Source: Halovenus sp.
GTDB taxonomy: Archaea; Halobacteriota; Halobacteria; Halobacteriales; Haloarculaceae
DNA length: 64,000 nucleotides
Reading direction: 5' to 3'
Assembly: GCA_036625385.1 (NCBI GenBank)
Contig: JAZKTU010000001.1
Coordinates: 14,865 to 78,864, forward strand
The position numbers and the translations under genes were made by a program. Shown piece after piece: positions 39,612 to 48,653 of the stretch. The notes below the pieces were generated by a model. It ran no database searches. It was not told where the DNA came from and saw only the letters and a list, made by a program, of their open reading frames with translations. Within the stretch, counting starts at the first letter, position 1, and each line of letters begins with the position of its first letter.

Positions 39612-40805
39612 ATGAGCGTACGGACAGCAGTCGTGCTGGCGGCAGGCGAGGGGACGCGGCTGCGCCCGCTGACCCGGAACCGGCCCAAACCGATGTTGCC
39701 GGCTGCCGACCGACCGATTCTCGAACACGTTCTCGACGCCCTCGTCGAGGCCGATATCGAGCGACTCGTGCTGGTGGTCGGGTACCGCCGCGAGCGCGTC
39801 CAGGAACATTTCGGGCCGGCCTACCGCGGGACGCCCATCGAGTACGTCGGTCAGGCCAAACAACTCGGCAGCGGCCACGCCCTGTTGCAGGCACGAGGGG
39901 TCGTCGACGGGCCGCTGGTGGTCGTCAACGGCGACCAGCTGGTCGAGAGCGAGGCCGTCTCGAGTGTCGTCGAGGCGTTCGAGCGGGAGACAGCGCCAGC
40001 GGCCATGGGTGTCATCGAGCGCGAAGACGCGGGGAACTACGGCGCAGTGCGGTTGCGCGACCGGGACGTAGCCGAAATCGTCGAGAAGCCCGGGACCGAC
40101 GGGTTCCGGCTCATAAATGCCGGCGTCTACGCGTTCGAGGCGGCGATATTCGGGGCCATCGAGGAGACACCCCGGACTGGCGGGGAACTGGCGTTGACCG
40201 ACACCCTCGCCCGCCTGGTCGACAGCCGTCGTGTCAGAGGCGTCCGCGTGAGCGGGCTCTGGATCGACGCGACCTACCCGTGGGACCTGCTCGAAGTCGC
40301 GACGGAGGTGCTCGCACGCGGGCGGGTCCGCGTCAGCGAACACCGGGGCGGAATCTGGGTCGGGGAGGACGCCCGCATCCACGAGAGTGCAACCCTCCAG
40401 CCACCTGTCGTCGTCGGCCCGGGCTGTGAGGTCGGTGCCGGGACGGTCGTCGGCCCGGACGTGGCGCTGGGCGGGAACGTGACTGTCGGCTCGAACGTCA
40501 CGCTCGAGCGGGCGGTCGTCGAGACGGATTCGCGAGTCGGCCACGGGGCGACGCTGCTCGACGCGGTACTCAGCCAGCGCGTGCGGCTGGGCGCCGACGT
40601 CACGATCCCGGGCGGACCGGGTGACGTCCGGGTCGATCGTGCCGTGTTCGAGAACCAGCGGCTGGGTGCAGTCCTCGCCGACGGCGTCGGCGTCGGCGGT
40701 GCGGCCACCTTCGAGGCCGGAACGCTCGTCGGACCCGGCGCGACTGTCGGTGCAGGAACGCACGTCCGCGGCGAGGTACCGGCGGACACGGAGGTGCGAC
40801 GATGA
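39612..40805 (+). CDS. Sugar-phosphate nucleotidyltransferase with hexapeptide repeats (GlmU-like)
   Basis: LAAGEGTRLRPLT, PKPM, VEKP, left-handed beta-helix repeats. Confidence 0.88.
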   Translation: MSVRTAVVLAAGEGTRLRPLTRNRPKPMLPAADRPILEHVLDALVEADIERLVLVVGYRRERVQEHFGPAYRGTPIEYVGQAKQLGSGHALLQARGVVDGPLVVVNGDQLVESEAVSSVVEAFERETAPAAMGVIEREDAGNYGAVRLRDRDVAEIVEKPGTDGFRLINAGVYAFEAAIFGAIEETPRTGGELALTDTLARLVDSRRVRGVRVSGLWIDATYPWDLLEVATEVLARGRVRVSEHRGGIWVGEDARIHESATLQPPVVVGPGCEVGAGTVVGPDVALGGNVTVGSNVTLERAVVETDSRVGHGATLLDAVLSQRVRLGADVTIPGGPGDVRVDRAVFENQRLGAVLADGVGVGGAATFEAGTLVGPGATVGAGTHVRGEVPADTEVRR

Positions 40806-40869
40806 CGGGGAGAGACGCGACGGCAGCAACTCGCGGTGACGGCACCGACCGAACAGGGGTGGGGGCCTG

Positions 40870-42672
40870 ATGTGCGGTATCATCGGTTGCGTGGGTCGTG
40901 GCGGGGAGACACTCGAGACACTGCTACACGGCCTCGGGAAACTGGAGTATCGCGGGTACGACTCGGCTGGCGTCGCGCTGGTCGGCGACGGACTCGCGGT
41001 CTGCAAAACCGCGGGCGAGATCGAGGACCTCCGCGCGGCCGTGGCGGAGCGTGACCTCACGGGGACGGTCGGTATCGGCCACACGCGCTGGAGTACACAC
41101 GGCCCACCCACGGACGGGAACGCCCATCCGCACGTCGACTGTGACGGGGCGGTCGCTGTCGTCCACAACGGCATCATCGAAAACTACCAGTCGCTGCGCG
41201 ACCGCCTCGTCACCGCCGGCCACACGTTCACCAGCGACACCGACACCGAAGTCGTGCCACACCTCGTCGAAGATGCCCTGGCCGACGGGATGGAGGCCGA
41301 AGCCGCGTTCCACGCGGCTGTCGACGAGTTGGCAGGCAGTTTCGCGCTCGCCTGCGTCGTCGAGGGGACCGAGCAAGTGTTCACCACGCGGCAGGACTCC
41401 CCGCTCGTCCTGGGGTTGGGCGAGGCGGGAGGCAACGGCCCCCGGCCCCTTTACGTCGCAAGCGACGTGCCCGCGTTCCGGGATTTCACCGACAGCGTAG
41501 TCTACCTGGCGGACGGCGAGCGCGCGCGGTTGAACGGCGGCTGGACCGTCACCGACACGGCGGGCGACCCGGTGGAGACGACAGTCGAGACAGTGACGTG
41601 GGACCCGGAGGAGACTGGCAAGAGCGGGTACGACCACTTCATGCTCAAGGAGATCTACGAGCAACCCCGGGCGCTCCGGCAGTGTCTCCAGGGCCGGGTC
41701 GACGAACTCGGGCGGGCAGTCGATATCGACGATATCGGCGACCTCTCGCCGACGGGCGTCCAGTTTGTCGCCTGTGGCACGTCCTATCACGCCGCAGTGT
41801 ACGGTGCCCACCTGTTTCGCGCCGCCGGCGTCCCGGCACAGGCGTTTCTGGCAAGCGAGTACGCCACTGCGGTGCCGCCGATCGGTGACGCGCTCGTAGT
41901 CGGGATCACCCAGAGCGGCGAGACGGCGGACACGCTGTCGGCGCTTCGCGAGGCCGGGAGCCGCGGAGCGCGCACACTTACCGTGACCAACACCGTCGGG
42001 TCGACAGCCGCCAGGGAGTGTGACCACGCACTCTACATCCGGGCCGGTCCCGAGATCGGCGTCGCGGCCACGAAGACATTCGCCAGCCAGTTGGTCGCGC
42101 TGAACCTGCTCGCCGGCGCGACGACCGGCGACTTGCCACACGAGTTGCTCGGAAGTCTGCGGGACCTCCCCGGGAACGTGCAGGCCGTCCTCGACAACTC
42201 GAACGCGGCGGCGATCGCCGAAGAGTACCGCGACGCGCGGGCGTACTTTTTTATCGGGCGACGCTACCAGTATCCCGTCGCACTCGAGGGCGCACTCAAA
42301 CTCAAGGAGATCAGCTACGAGCACGCCGAGGGGTTCGCCGCGGGCGAACTCAAACACGGCCCGCTCGCGCTCGTCGATGGCGAAACACCCGTGTTCGCCT
42401 CCGTCATCGGCGACGACGAGGTGGCGGCCCGGACCGTCGGCAACGTCAAGGAAGTCGAGGCGCGGAACGCGCCCGTCGTCGCGGTGACCGACGGGCGCAG
42501 TGACGCGGAGCGCTACGCCGACCAAGTGCTCGAAGTGCCCGAGACACACCCACGGGCGGCAGCTGTACTCACGAACGTCCAGCTCCAGCTCGTCGCCTAC
42601 CACATCGCCGATATGCTCGACCGGCCGATCGACAAGCCGCGCAATCTCGCGAAAAGCGTCACGGTGGAGTGA
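40870..42672 (+). CDS. glmS: Glutamine-fructose-6-phosphate transaminase
   Basis: MCGIIG, LEYRGYDSAG, GHTRW, KPRNLAKSVTVE. Confidence 0.96.
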   Translation: MCGIIGCVGRGGETLETLLHGLGKLEYRGYDSAGVALVGDGLAVCKTAGEIEDLRAAVAERDLTGTVGIGHTRWSTHGPPTDGNAHPHVDCDGAVAVVHNGIIENYQSLRDRLVTAGHTFTSDTDTEVVPHLVEDALADGMEAEAAFHAAVDELAGSFALACVVEGTEQVFTTRQDSPLVLGLGEAGGNGPRPLYVASDVPAFRDFTDSVVYLADGERARLNGGWTVTDTAGDPVETTVETVTWDPEETGKSGYDHFMLKEIYEQPRALRQCLQGRVDELGRAVDIDDIGDLSPTGVQFVACGTSYHAAVYGAHLFRAAGVPAQAFLASEYATAVPPIGDALVVGITQSGETADTLSALREAGSRGARTLTVTNTVGSTAARECDHALYIRAGPEIGVAATKTFASQLVALNLLAGATTGDLPHELLGSLRDLPGNVQAVLDNSNAAAIAEEYRDARAYFFIGRRYQYPVALEGALKLKEISYEHAEGFAAGELKHGPLALVDGETPVFASVIGDDEVAARTVGNVKEVEARNAPVVAVTDGRSDAERYADQVLEVPETHPRAAAVLTNVQLQLVAYHIADMLDRPIDKPRNLAKSVTVE

Positions 42673-42758
42673 GGTCACCGGGCGAAGCCGACAGACAGCT
42701 CCGGGACGGAGGGTGAAATCAGCGAAGAGTCGGTGAGTTCCACCCGGACCGCCAGGGA

Positions 42759-43469
42759 TTACCAGTCAATGACGGACTTGTCCCGCCAGAACAGCCCGCC
42801 CGGACTGCCGGGCCGGAATCGCGCCAGCCACACCGGCGTCTCGGCACCCTCGGACGGACTGCGGGGTGCGCCCGGCCCGCCCATGTCGGTCCGAACCCAC
42901 CCCGGGCTCGCCGCGTTCGCGAGCAGCCCATCGTCGCCGTACTCGGCGTCCAGATACGCGGTGAATGCACCCAGCCCGGCCTTCGTGACGCGGTAGGCGG
43001 GATACGAGCCGCCCGTCCCGTGCGTAAACTGGCCGAGGTTCGAGGAGAGGTTCACGACCCGGCCACCCTCGCGCTCGCGGAGCAGAGGGACGAACTGCTG
43101 GGTGACGAGTATCGGTCCGCGGAGGTTGACCGCGACCGTCTCATCGAGCGTGTCGACGTCCATGTCGTGGAGGGTGTCGGCGCGCCGGAAGATGCCGGCG
43201 TTGTTGACGAGGATGTCGAGTCGGCCAGCCTCGGACTCGATGCGTGCCGCCGCCTCGCGAGCGTGGGCGCGTTCCGTCACGTCAAGTTCGACCGGATGCT
43301 GGTCCGGGGCGGTGATGTCGTCAGTTTCCCTGGCACCGGCATACACTGTCGCGCCGAGGTCGGCGAGTTGGGCGGCGATCGCTGCCCCGATACCACGGGT
43401 CGCGCCGGTGACCAGCGCAACCTGGTCTGTCAGCGAGTCGTACAGCGCAACGTCTGCTTCGTCTGCCAT
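42759..43469 (-). CDS. Short-chain dehydrogenase/reductase
   Basis: TGATRGIG, NNAG, YRVTK, PGWVRTDMGG. Confidence 0.9.
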   Translation of the reverse strand: MADEADVALYDSLTDQVALVTGATRGIGAAIAAQLADLGATVYAGARETDDITAPDQHPVELDVTERAHAREAAARIESEAGRLDILVNNAGIFRRADTLHDMDVDTLDETVAVNLRGPILVTQQFVPLLREREGGRVVNLSSNLGQFTHGTGGSYPAYRVTKAGLGAFTAYLDAEYGDDGLLANAASPGWVRTDMGGPGAPRSPSEGAETPVWLARFRPGSPGGLFWRDKSVIDW

Positions 43470-43561
43470 GGGTCGCGTTCGGCTTCCAGCGGTTTAGCTC
43501 TCCCGCGACCGCCACTACCGGGTTGCAAAAGGAGACGGTGGAGCGAAAGGCGGGAGGCTCG

Positions 43562-43721
43562 TACGGACTGTGGCGAGTCATTCTGCCGGCTGTACCATTG
43601 TGAACGGATCCGACACCGGGGGTGTCGAATATCTGTCCGAACGGACAGCTGACAGTATCAGTGCCGTTGCGCCCGCACCCAATCGTGCGGTCGTACCGGT
43701 ACATAGTCGCAACAGTCCGTA
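43562..43721. mobile_element. Family A element (shortened) carrying a nested family C element; right TCA = aglF stop
   Basis: TCG|TACGGACTGTGGCGA...TCGCAACAGTCCGTA|TCA. Confidence 0.8.
43581..43657. mobile_element. Family C element, 77 bp, TCA duplication, nested in A
   Basis: TCA|TTCTGCCGGCTGT...ACAGCTGACAGTA|TCA; central CGACACC-GGG-GGTGTCG. Confidence 0.8.
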
Positions 43722-44468
43722 TCACTCGGACGACTCGGCGCTCGCCGCCGCCTCCTCGGCACCGCGGAGCAAGCGCTCGGCCTTGTCGCGGTCCTCGGGG
43801 TAGCCGACGTCGACGCGCCAGCCGTCCATCCGGATGGCGTCGATCGTCCGCCCGGAGTGAAGGAGGAGGTCGATAGCGTCGCTGATTTCGTACTCGCCGC
43901 GGTTTGAGGGTTGCACGAGATGGCAGGCGTGAAAGATTGCCGGCGTGAACGTGTAGAAGCCGGTCATGACGAGATTCGACGGCGGATCGTCGGGTTTCTC
44001 GACGACTTCGACGATCTCGCCGTACTTGTTGGTGTCACAGACACCGTACCGGCCGGCTTCCTCCCAGGGAACTTCCTCGACGAGGAACGCCGCGTCGGCA
44101 CGCTGTTCGCGCTGGCGGTTGATGACGTCCTCGAGGTTCGCCTGGAAGATGTTGTCCCCCAGCAACAGCATGAACTCGTCGTCGATATACTCCTCGACAG
44201 TCAGCAGGGCGTGGGCGAGTCCGTTCTGCTCACGCTGGTGGGCGTACGTGATGGGCGTCCCCTCGAACTCGTCGCCGTAGTGCTCGATGATGACCTCCTT
44301 CTTGTAGCCGACGACGACGAACAACTCGTCGGCGTCCAGTTCGATCAGTTGCTCGAAACAGTGCGTGAGCAAGGGTTTCCCGTCGACTTCTACCATTCCC
44401 TTCGGTTTGGCCTCGGTGAGCGGCCGCAGCCGCGTTCCCTCGCCGGCAGCGAGTACGACAGCCTTCAT
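43722..44468 (-). CDS. aglF: UTP-glucose-1-phosphate uridylyltransferase AglF
   Basis: MKAVVLAAGEGTRLRPLT, KPKGMVEV, LGDNIF, VEKPDDPPSNL. Confidence 0.88.
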   Translation of the reverse strand: MKAVVLAAGEGTRLRPLTEAKPKGMVEVDGKPLLTHCFEQLIELDADELFVVVGYKKEVIIEHYGDEFEGTPITYAHQREQNGLAHALLTVEEYIDDEFMLLLGDNIFQANLEDVINRQREQRADAAFLVEEVPWEEAGRYGVCDTNKYGEIVEVVEKPDDPPSNLVMTGFYTFTPAIFHACHLVQPSNRGEYEISDAIDLLLHSGRTIDAIRMDGWRVDVGYPEDRDKAERLLRGAEEAAASAESSE

Positions 44469-44575
44469 ACCCCCTCTCCTCGGCCCGCGCCTAAAAACAC
44501 TTTGTAGGAGACGGTCTCCCCGGACAGTCATTAGACGGGGACTCTCGAACCGGGACGAGGCCGTAGACCGGTTCA

Positions 44576-44796
44576 TACGGTCGTGCGTGATTCTTTACCG
44601 CCATGGCGGGACAAAACGGGATTTTCAGGGTCTGATACGGACGGTTGTGATTATTTTCGGCAGGGACGTCCGATATACGGCGCATCAGCCCGCGAAACGT
44701 GTATGTTGTCACAGCAGAGCGGTAAAGAGTCACAACCGTCCGTATGAAACGTGGAAATACGCGATCCGGTCGTGAAAATAATCGCAACAATCCGTA
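44576..44796. mobile_element. Family A outer element (109 bp after removing the insert), TCA duplication
   Basis: TCA|TACGGTCGTGCGTGA...TCGCAACAATCCGTA|TCA. Confidence 0.85.
44636..44744. mobile_element. Family A inner element, 109 bp, TGA duplication
   Basis: TGA|TACGGACGGTTGTGA...TCACAACCGTCCGTA|TGA, perfect 15-bp TIR. Confidence 0.9.
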
Positions 44797-44828
44797 TCAC
44801 ACGATGCCGACGGTGGCCACGAGAAGGC

Positions 44829-45179
44829 TCACGAACAGGAGGACGGCAAGCGCAATGCCCGCAACTCGCTGGCGTACGACCGTGCGGGGCCGGTGAACCG
44901 CCCCGTCGTGGCGACGATGCCCCGCTTCGGGCCGTCGTAGTCGTAGGTTGCAACCGCCGAGTAGAGTTTCTGGACAACCGGTCGCCCGACCGAATCGGTG
45001 TGCTTGCACTCCACGACGACGGCGCGACGCTCCTCGCCCACCTGTTCCTCCATCGTGATGTCGCGCCCCACGTCGGCGACGCGCTCCGCTTTCCTGACGT
45101 TCTCGTACCCGAGTTTGCGGAACACGTCCCCCATCACGTCCTCGAACTCGAACCCCGAGAGTTCGTCGAGAACCGTCAT
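44829..45179 (-). pseudogene. Mrr-like restriction endonuclease domain, probably truncated
   Basis: GFEFED, DVGRDI, VVECKH, VGRPVVQKL, TTGRFT (PD-(D/E)xK); ends abruptly next to the repeat nest. Confidence 0.7.
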
Positions 45180-45285
45180 CTCCCGGGAGTGTGCGCGGGC
45201 GACGAGCGACGGACGGAACAGCGAACTATCAGGAGCTACCACCGGAGCACCGCACGACGGCAGGAGTACCTGCCCGGGATCGGTC

Positions 45286-45435
45286 TCACTCCCGTGTAAG
45301 ACCCCGGTTCCGGAGCGCCTCCGTCTCTCCACAGGTGTCGCACTCGCCGGGACGGGTCTCCGCCTCGGTTATCGCCCCACACGCGAGACACTCGTAGGTC
45401 GGCGGGTTGGCCGGATTGTGGTCGATCTCTTTCAT
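45286..45435 (-). CDS. Small rubrerythrin-like/CPxCG zinc-finger protein (49 aa)
   Basis: YECLACG...PGECDTCG...LRNRG. Confidence 0.7.
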   Translation of the reverse strand: MKEIDHNPANPPTYECLACGAITEAETRPGECDTCGETEALRNRGLTRE

Positions 45436-45681
45436 GCCATCTACTACGTCGTGTCAAGACATAACGTTTGCCATGGAGGCCGGGACGTGTCGGCGGACCC
45501 CCTGCGTCATGGGAGTTGCCGCAGGCCGGCTGCGAGGAGAACGGAAAGACACGAGTGCGGGAGAGCAAGAAGACAGAAGGGCAGTATGAGACTGCCGCTG
45601 ATAAGCCCATGGGCAATGTCGACCGCACCGTTGGAGGAATCGAGGACGGTGAGCGACGGACCGGAGGGGCAGGAAGCGTCT

Positions 45682-46764
45682 CTACTCCCCGCCGTCGGCG
45701 GCGACAGTCCGCTCGGTTGTCGGTGCGAGAGGTTCGTCGAGTCCCATCGCCTCGTCGGTCGTCGTGATGCTCTCGTCCTGTGCTTTCCTGCCCAGTGTAG
45801 CACGGATAGCGTCCACATTCTCAGGGACGACATCGGACTCCTGGTGGATGGCCTGGAACAGGTAGAGGTCGCTTGCTCCGTCGCAGCCGGGGACGCCCTC
45901 GACAGTGATCGACTCGCCCCAGATGCAGTTCTCCCAGATATCCGCCCGCGGCCGGCCGGCGTCCTGTGCGAGTTCCTTGATCGCGCCCGCGCCGTCGAGA
46001 CCGAGCCACTCGGGGATGACGAACGTCCGGGACTCGTCCGCAAGCAGGTCCCGGACGTCCGCTGCCCTGGGTTCGGATTCGAGCGTGACGTTGATACTAT
46101 GCATGTGCATCAACGTCGCGGGGACCTTGAGCCCGAGCGTGTCGATAGAGAGTTCCGGGAAGATCGTCGTGACGTCGGGACCGTGGTGAGAAGGCAGGGA
46201 GATGGGGTTCGGAAGGATGTCGTTGATCGGGCCGCGGCTGCTCTGTGCGGGGTCACCGCCGCGCCTGACGAGCGTCGCGCGGACCTTCTCGACGCCGTAG
46301 GCCTCCTGCAGCGGCGCGACGAGACGGGAGAGGCCAGTCGTGTTACAGGAGACGACCCGGACGAGGTCGGCACCCTCGACGGTGTCGTAGTTGGCACGAG
46401 CGTTGAAACTCGCGTCGACGACGTCGGCGTCTTCCCCACCCTGGAGGATGGCAGGCGTGTCGTGTTCGCGGTACATGTCGGCGTTTTCCGCACCGATGCC
46501 GGACGGACAGGCGTCGACCACGATATCGCTCGCAGCGACCAGATCCTCGACGTCGCCCGCAAGCTGGATGCCGGCCTCCGCGAAGCGTGGCTTTCGCTTC
46601 TCGACAGCGGCGTAGAGGTCGAAACCTTTCTCGACGGCGCTCTGTGCCTCGAAGTTCGGGCGGGTTTTGGCGACGCCGACGACAGCCATATCGGGCTGCT
46701 CTCGGACGGCGTCCGCGACCCGTTTGCCGATGGTTCCGTAGCCGTTGATGCCTACCTGAATCAT
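45682..46764 (-). CDS. gap: Archaeal type II glyceraldehyde-3-phosphate dehydrogenase
   Basis: [38 protein letters not shown]. Confidence 0.93.
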   Translation of the reverse strand: MIQVGINGYGTIGKRVADAVREQPDMAVVGVAKTRPNFEAQSAVEKGFDLYAAVEKRKPRFAEAGIQLAGDVEDLVAASDIVVDACPSGIGAENADMYREHDTPAILQGGEDADVVDASFNARANYDTVEGADLVRVVSCNTTGLSRLVAPLQEAYGVEKVRATLVRRGGDPAQSSRGPINDILPNPISLPSHHGPDVTTIFPELSIDTLGLKVPATLMHMHSINVTLESEPRAADVRDLLADESRTFVIPEWLGLDGAGAIKELAQDAGRPRADIWENCIWGESITVEGVPGCDGASDLYLFQAIHQESDVVPENVDAIRATLGRKAQDESITTTDEAMGLDEPLAPTTERTVAADGGE

Positions 46765-46940
46765 TGTCTGAGCGTTCGATACTGGCCGTCAAAGGCGTTG
46801 TGATTGGCTCAGATCGTGTGTGGAGTCCCGACTTGCCGGGCACGACGGTCGGACTGCGGGGCCACACCCCGGCTGGGACCGCTGAAGCGAGATTTTTATG
46901 CTCGAGAACTGAGTTATACCGATAAATCGTCCGGTGACGT

Positions 46941-47087
46941 GTGTACCGTCGACAGTTCCTGGGGCTGGTCGGTGGGACCGGCCTCGTGGCCACGGCGGGT
47001 TGCTCGGACGTCATCGGTGGAGACGGCTCGTCACCCAGTCTCGACCCGACGAGGTGGCCGCCGTCGTTTCGGATCCGCCGCCCCAAC
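46941..47087 (+). pseudogene. 5' remnant of a Tat-exported lipoprotein gene
   Basis: MYRRQFL twin-arginine motif and TAGC lipobox; interrupted by the repeat nest at 47088. Confidence 0.6.
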
Positions 47088-47112
47088 TCATACGGATTGT
47101 TGTGGTTCTTTA

Positions 47113-47191
47113 TACTGTCGGACGGAAGTCATGATATTCTGCTCGTTCCACGTGGGGCGAGTGAAAGTATCAACAGTTCCGTCCGACAGTA
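47113..47191. mobile_element. Family B element, 79 bp, TA duplication
   Basis: Identical (inverted) to 10996-11074. Confidence 0.9.
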
Positions 47192-47223
47192 TACCGCGAC
47201 GTTGAGACAGTGTGGTGGTTTCA

Positions 47224-47332
47224 TAGTGATTATTGCGATTGGTTTCGTGACCACGTCGCGTGAACAGCAGTTGCGCGGTCCGAAACACCCGAACTGTGAC
47301 GGCCCGGCGGTAAAGAGTCGCACTAATCACTA
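47224..47332. mobile_element. Family A variant, 109 bp, TCA duplication
   Basis: TCA|TAGTGATTATTGCGA...TCGCACTAATCACTA|TCA. Confidence 0.85.
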
Positions 47333-47485
47333 TCAGACCGTGATATAGACCCCGGGGTTCGCTGTGCGCACTATGATCCGACCCGCGAGACTGACCGGAC
47401 CGAATGGGTAATGTCGACGCCCACACCCTCTCCCCGCGAGGTCCCGGCAGTAACGCCTTTACACGCGCCGTCCTACCGACGCCAC

Positions 47486-48439
47486 ATGAACAGTTCGCTG
47501 CGCACGCCCGCACAGACTGCCGTCGAGCAGTGCATGGGACTTCGCCCCGGCGAGTCCTGTCTCGTGGTCACCGACGACGAGCGGGAAGCGATCGGGAAAG
47601 CACTCGACAGCGTCGCCCGCGAGACGACCGACGACGTGGCGACGATCCGCTATCCGCCGGGCGACCAGCACGGTGCGGAACCGCCGAGACCCGTCTCGAC
47701 GGCGATGACCGGCGCGGACGTCGTGCTCGCGCCGACGACGAAAAGTCTGAGTCACACCACTGCACGCATCGAGGCCACCGACGCGGGTGCCCGGATGGCG
47801 ACGCTCCCCGGCATCACCGACGATGTCTTTCTGATGGGGCTCGACGCCGACTACGACCGCATCGCCGACGAGTGTCGACGGTTGCTCGGGCAGGTCGGCG
47901 ACGCCGAGGAGATCCGGGTGATGTCACCACAGGGGACCGACATCACGTTCCGTCCCGGCACGCGCGAGTGGCTAGAAGACACCGGTATCAACCACGACCC
48001 CGGCGCGTTCTCGAATCTCCCGGCGGGCGAGGTGTTCGTCAGCCCCGAGACCGGCGACGGCACAGTCGTCGTCGACGGGACGATGATGCCCCACGGAAAG
48101 CTCGACGGCGACGTCGTCGAATTCACCGTCGCGGACGGCGCCGTGACACATATCGCGGACGACGCCGTCCGCGCAGAGGTCGAGGAAGCAGCCGAAACGG
48201 CTGGCGACGGGGCGTACAACCTCGCGGAGTTGGGCATCGGCACGAACGTCGCGGTGACCGATCTTGTCGGGTCGGTGTTGCTCGACGAGAAAGCCGGGGG
48301 AACGGTCCACATCGCGATCGGCGACGACCACGGGATCGGCGGCGACGTGGAGGTACCGATCCACCTCGACGGGATTCTCACGGAACCGACAGTGTACGCC
48401 GACGGCGAGGAAGTGACCCTCCCGAGCGCCGGGGAGTAG
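47486..48439 (+). CDS. Aminopeptidase (M29-like)
   Basis: SLSHT, NLPAGEV, AELGIGTN, DEKAGGTVHIAIG, HLDG. Confidence 0.88.
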   Translation: MNSSLRTPAQTAVEQCMGLRPGESCLVVTDDEREAIGKALDSVARETTDDVATIRYPPGDQHGAEPPRPVSTAMTGADVVLAPTTKSLSHTTARIEATDAGARMATLPGITDDVFLMGLDADYDRIADECRRLLGQVGDAEEIRVMSPQGTDITFRPGTREWLEDTGINHDPGAFSNLPAGEVFVSPETGDGTVVVDGTMMPHGKLDGDVVEFTVADGAVTHIADDAVRAEVEEAAETAGDGAYNLAELGIGTNVAVTDLVGSVLLDEKAGGTVHIAIGDDHGIGGDVEVPIHLDGILTEPTVYADGEEVTLPSAGE

Positions 48440-48465
48440 CGGCTGGGATGCGGTGTGGGACCGAC

Positions 48466-48542
48466 CGCGTCGGGGCTGTCCGTCCGGAGAGAGATCCGAC
48501 ACCCGGGTGTCGAGTGTGTTCACCAGGTTACAGCCGGCAGTC
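48466..48542. mobile_element. Family C element with degenerate left arm
   Basis: GGCTGT...CGACACCCGGGTGTCG...ACAGCCGGCAGTC|TCA, abutting the family A copy. Confidence 0.65.
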
Positions 48543-48545
48543 TCA

Positions 48546-48653
48546 TACGGACTGTTGTGACTCGGTCCTGCCAGGCCGACACAGATCTCGCGAGTCGGGT
48601 TTAAATCGACGGTTCTGTCGGGGCGGTGTCGAAAACAATCACGACAGTCCGTA
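48546..48653. mobile_element. Family A element, 108 bp, TCA duplication (right TCA = stop of the HTH-CBS gene)
   Basis: TCA|TACGGACTGTTGTGA...TCACGACAGTCCGTA|TCA. Confidence 0.9.

Larger units (their letters stand above)
47091..47340. mobile_element. Family A outer element (right arm lost) hosting nested B and A-variant elements
   Basis: TCA|TACGGATTGTTGTGG; after removing inserts it is collinear with 32425-32479. Confidence 0.8.
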
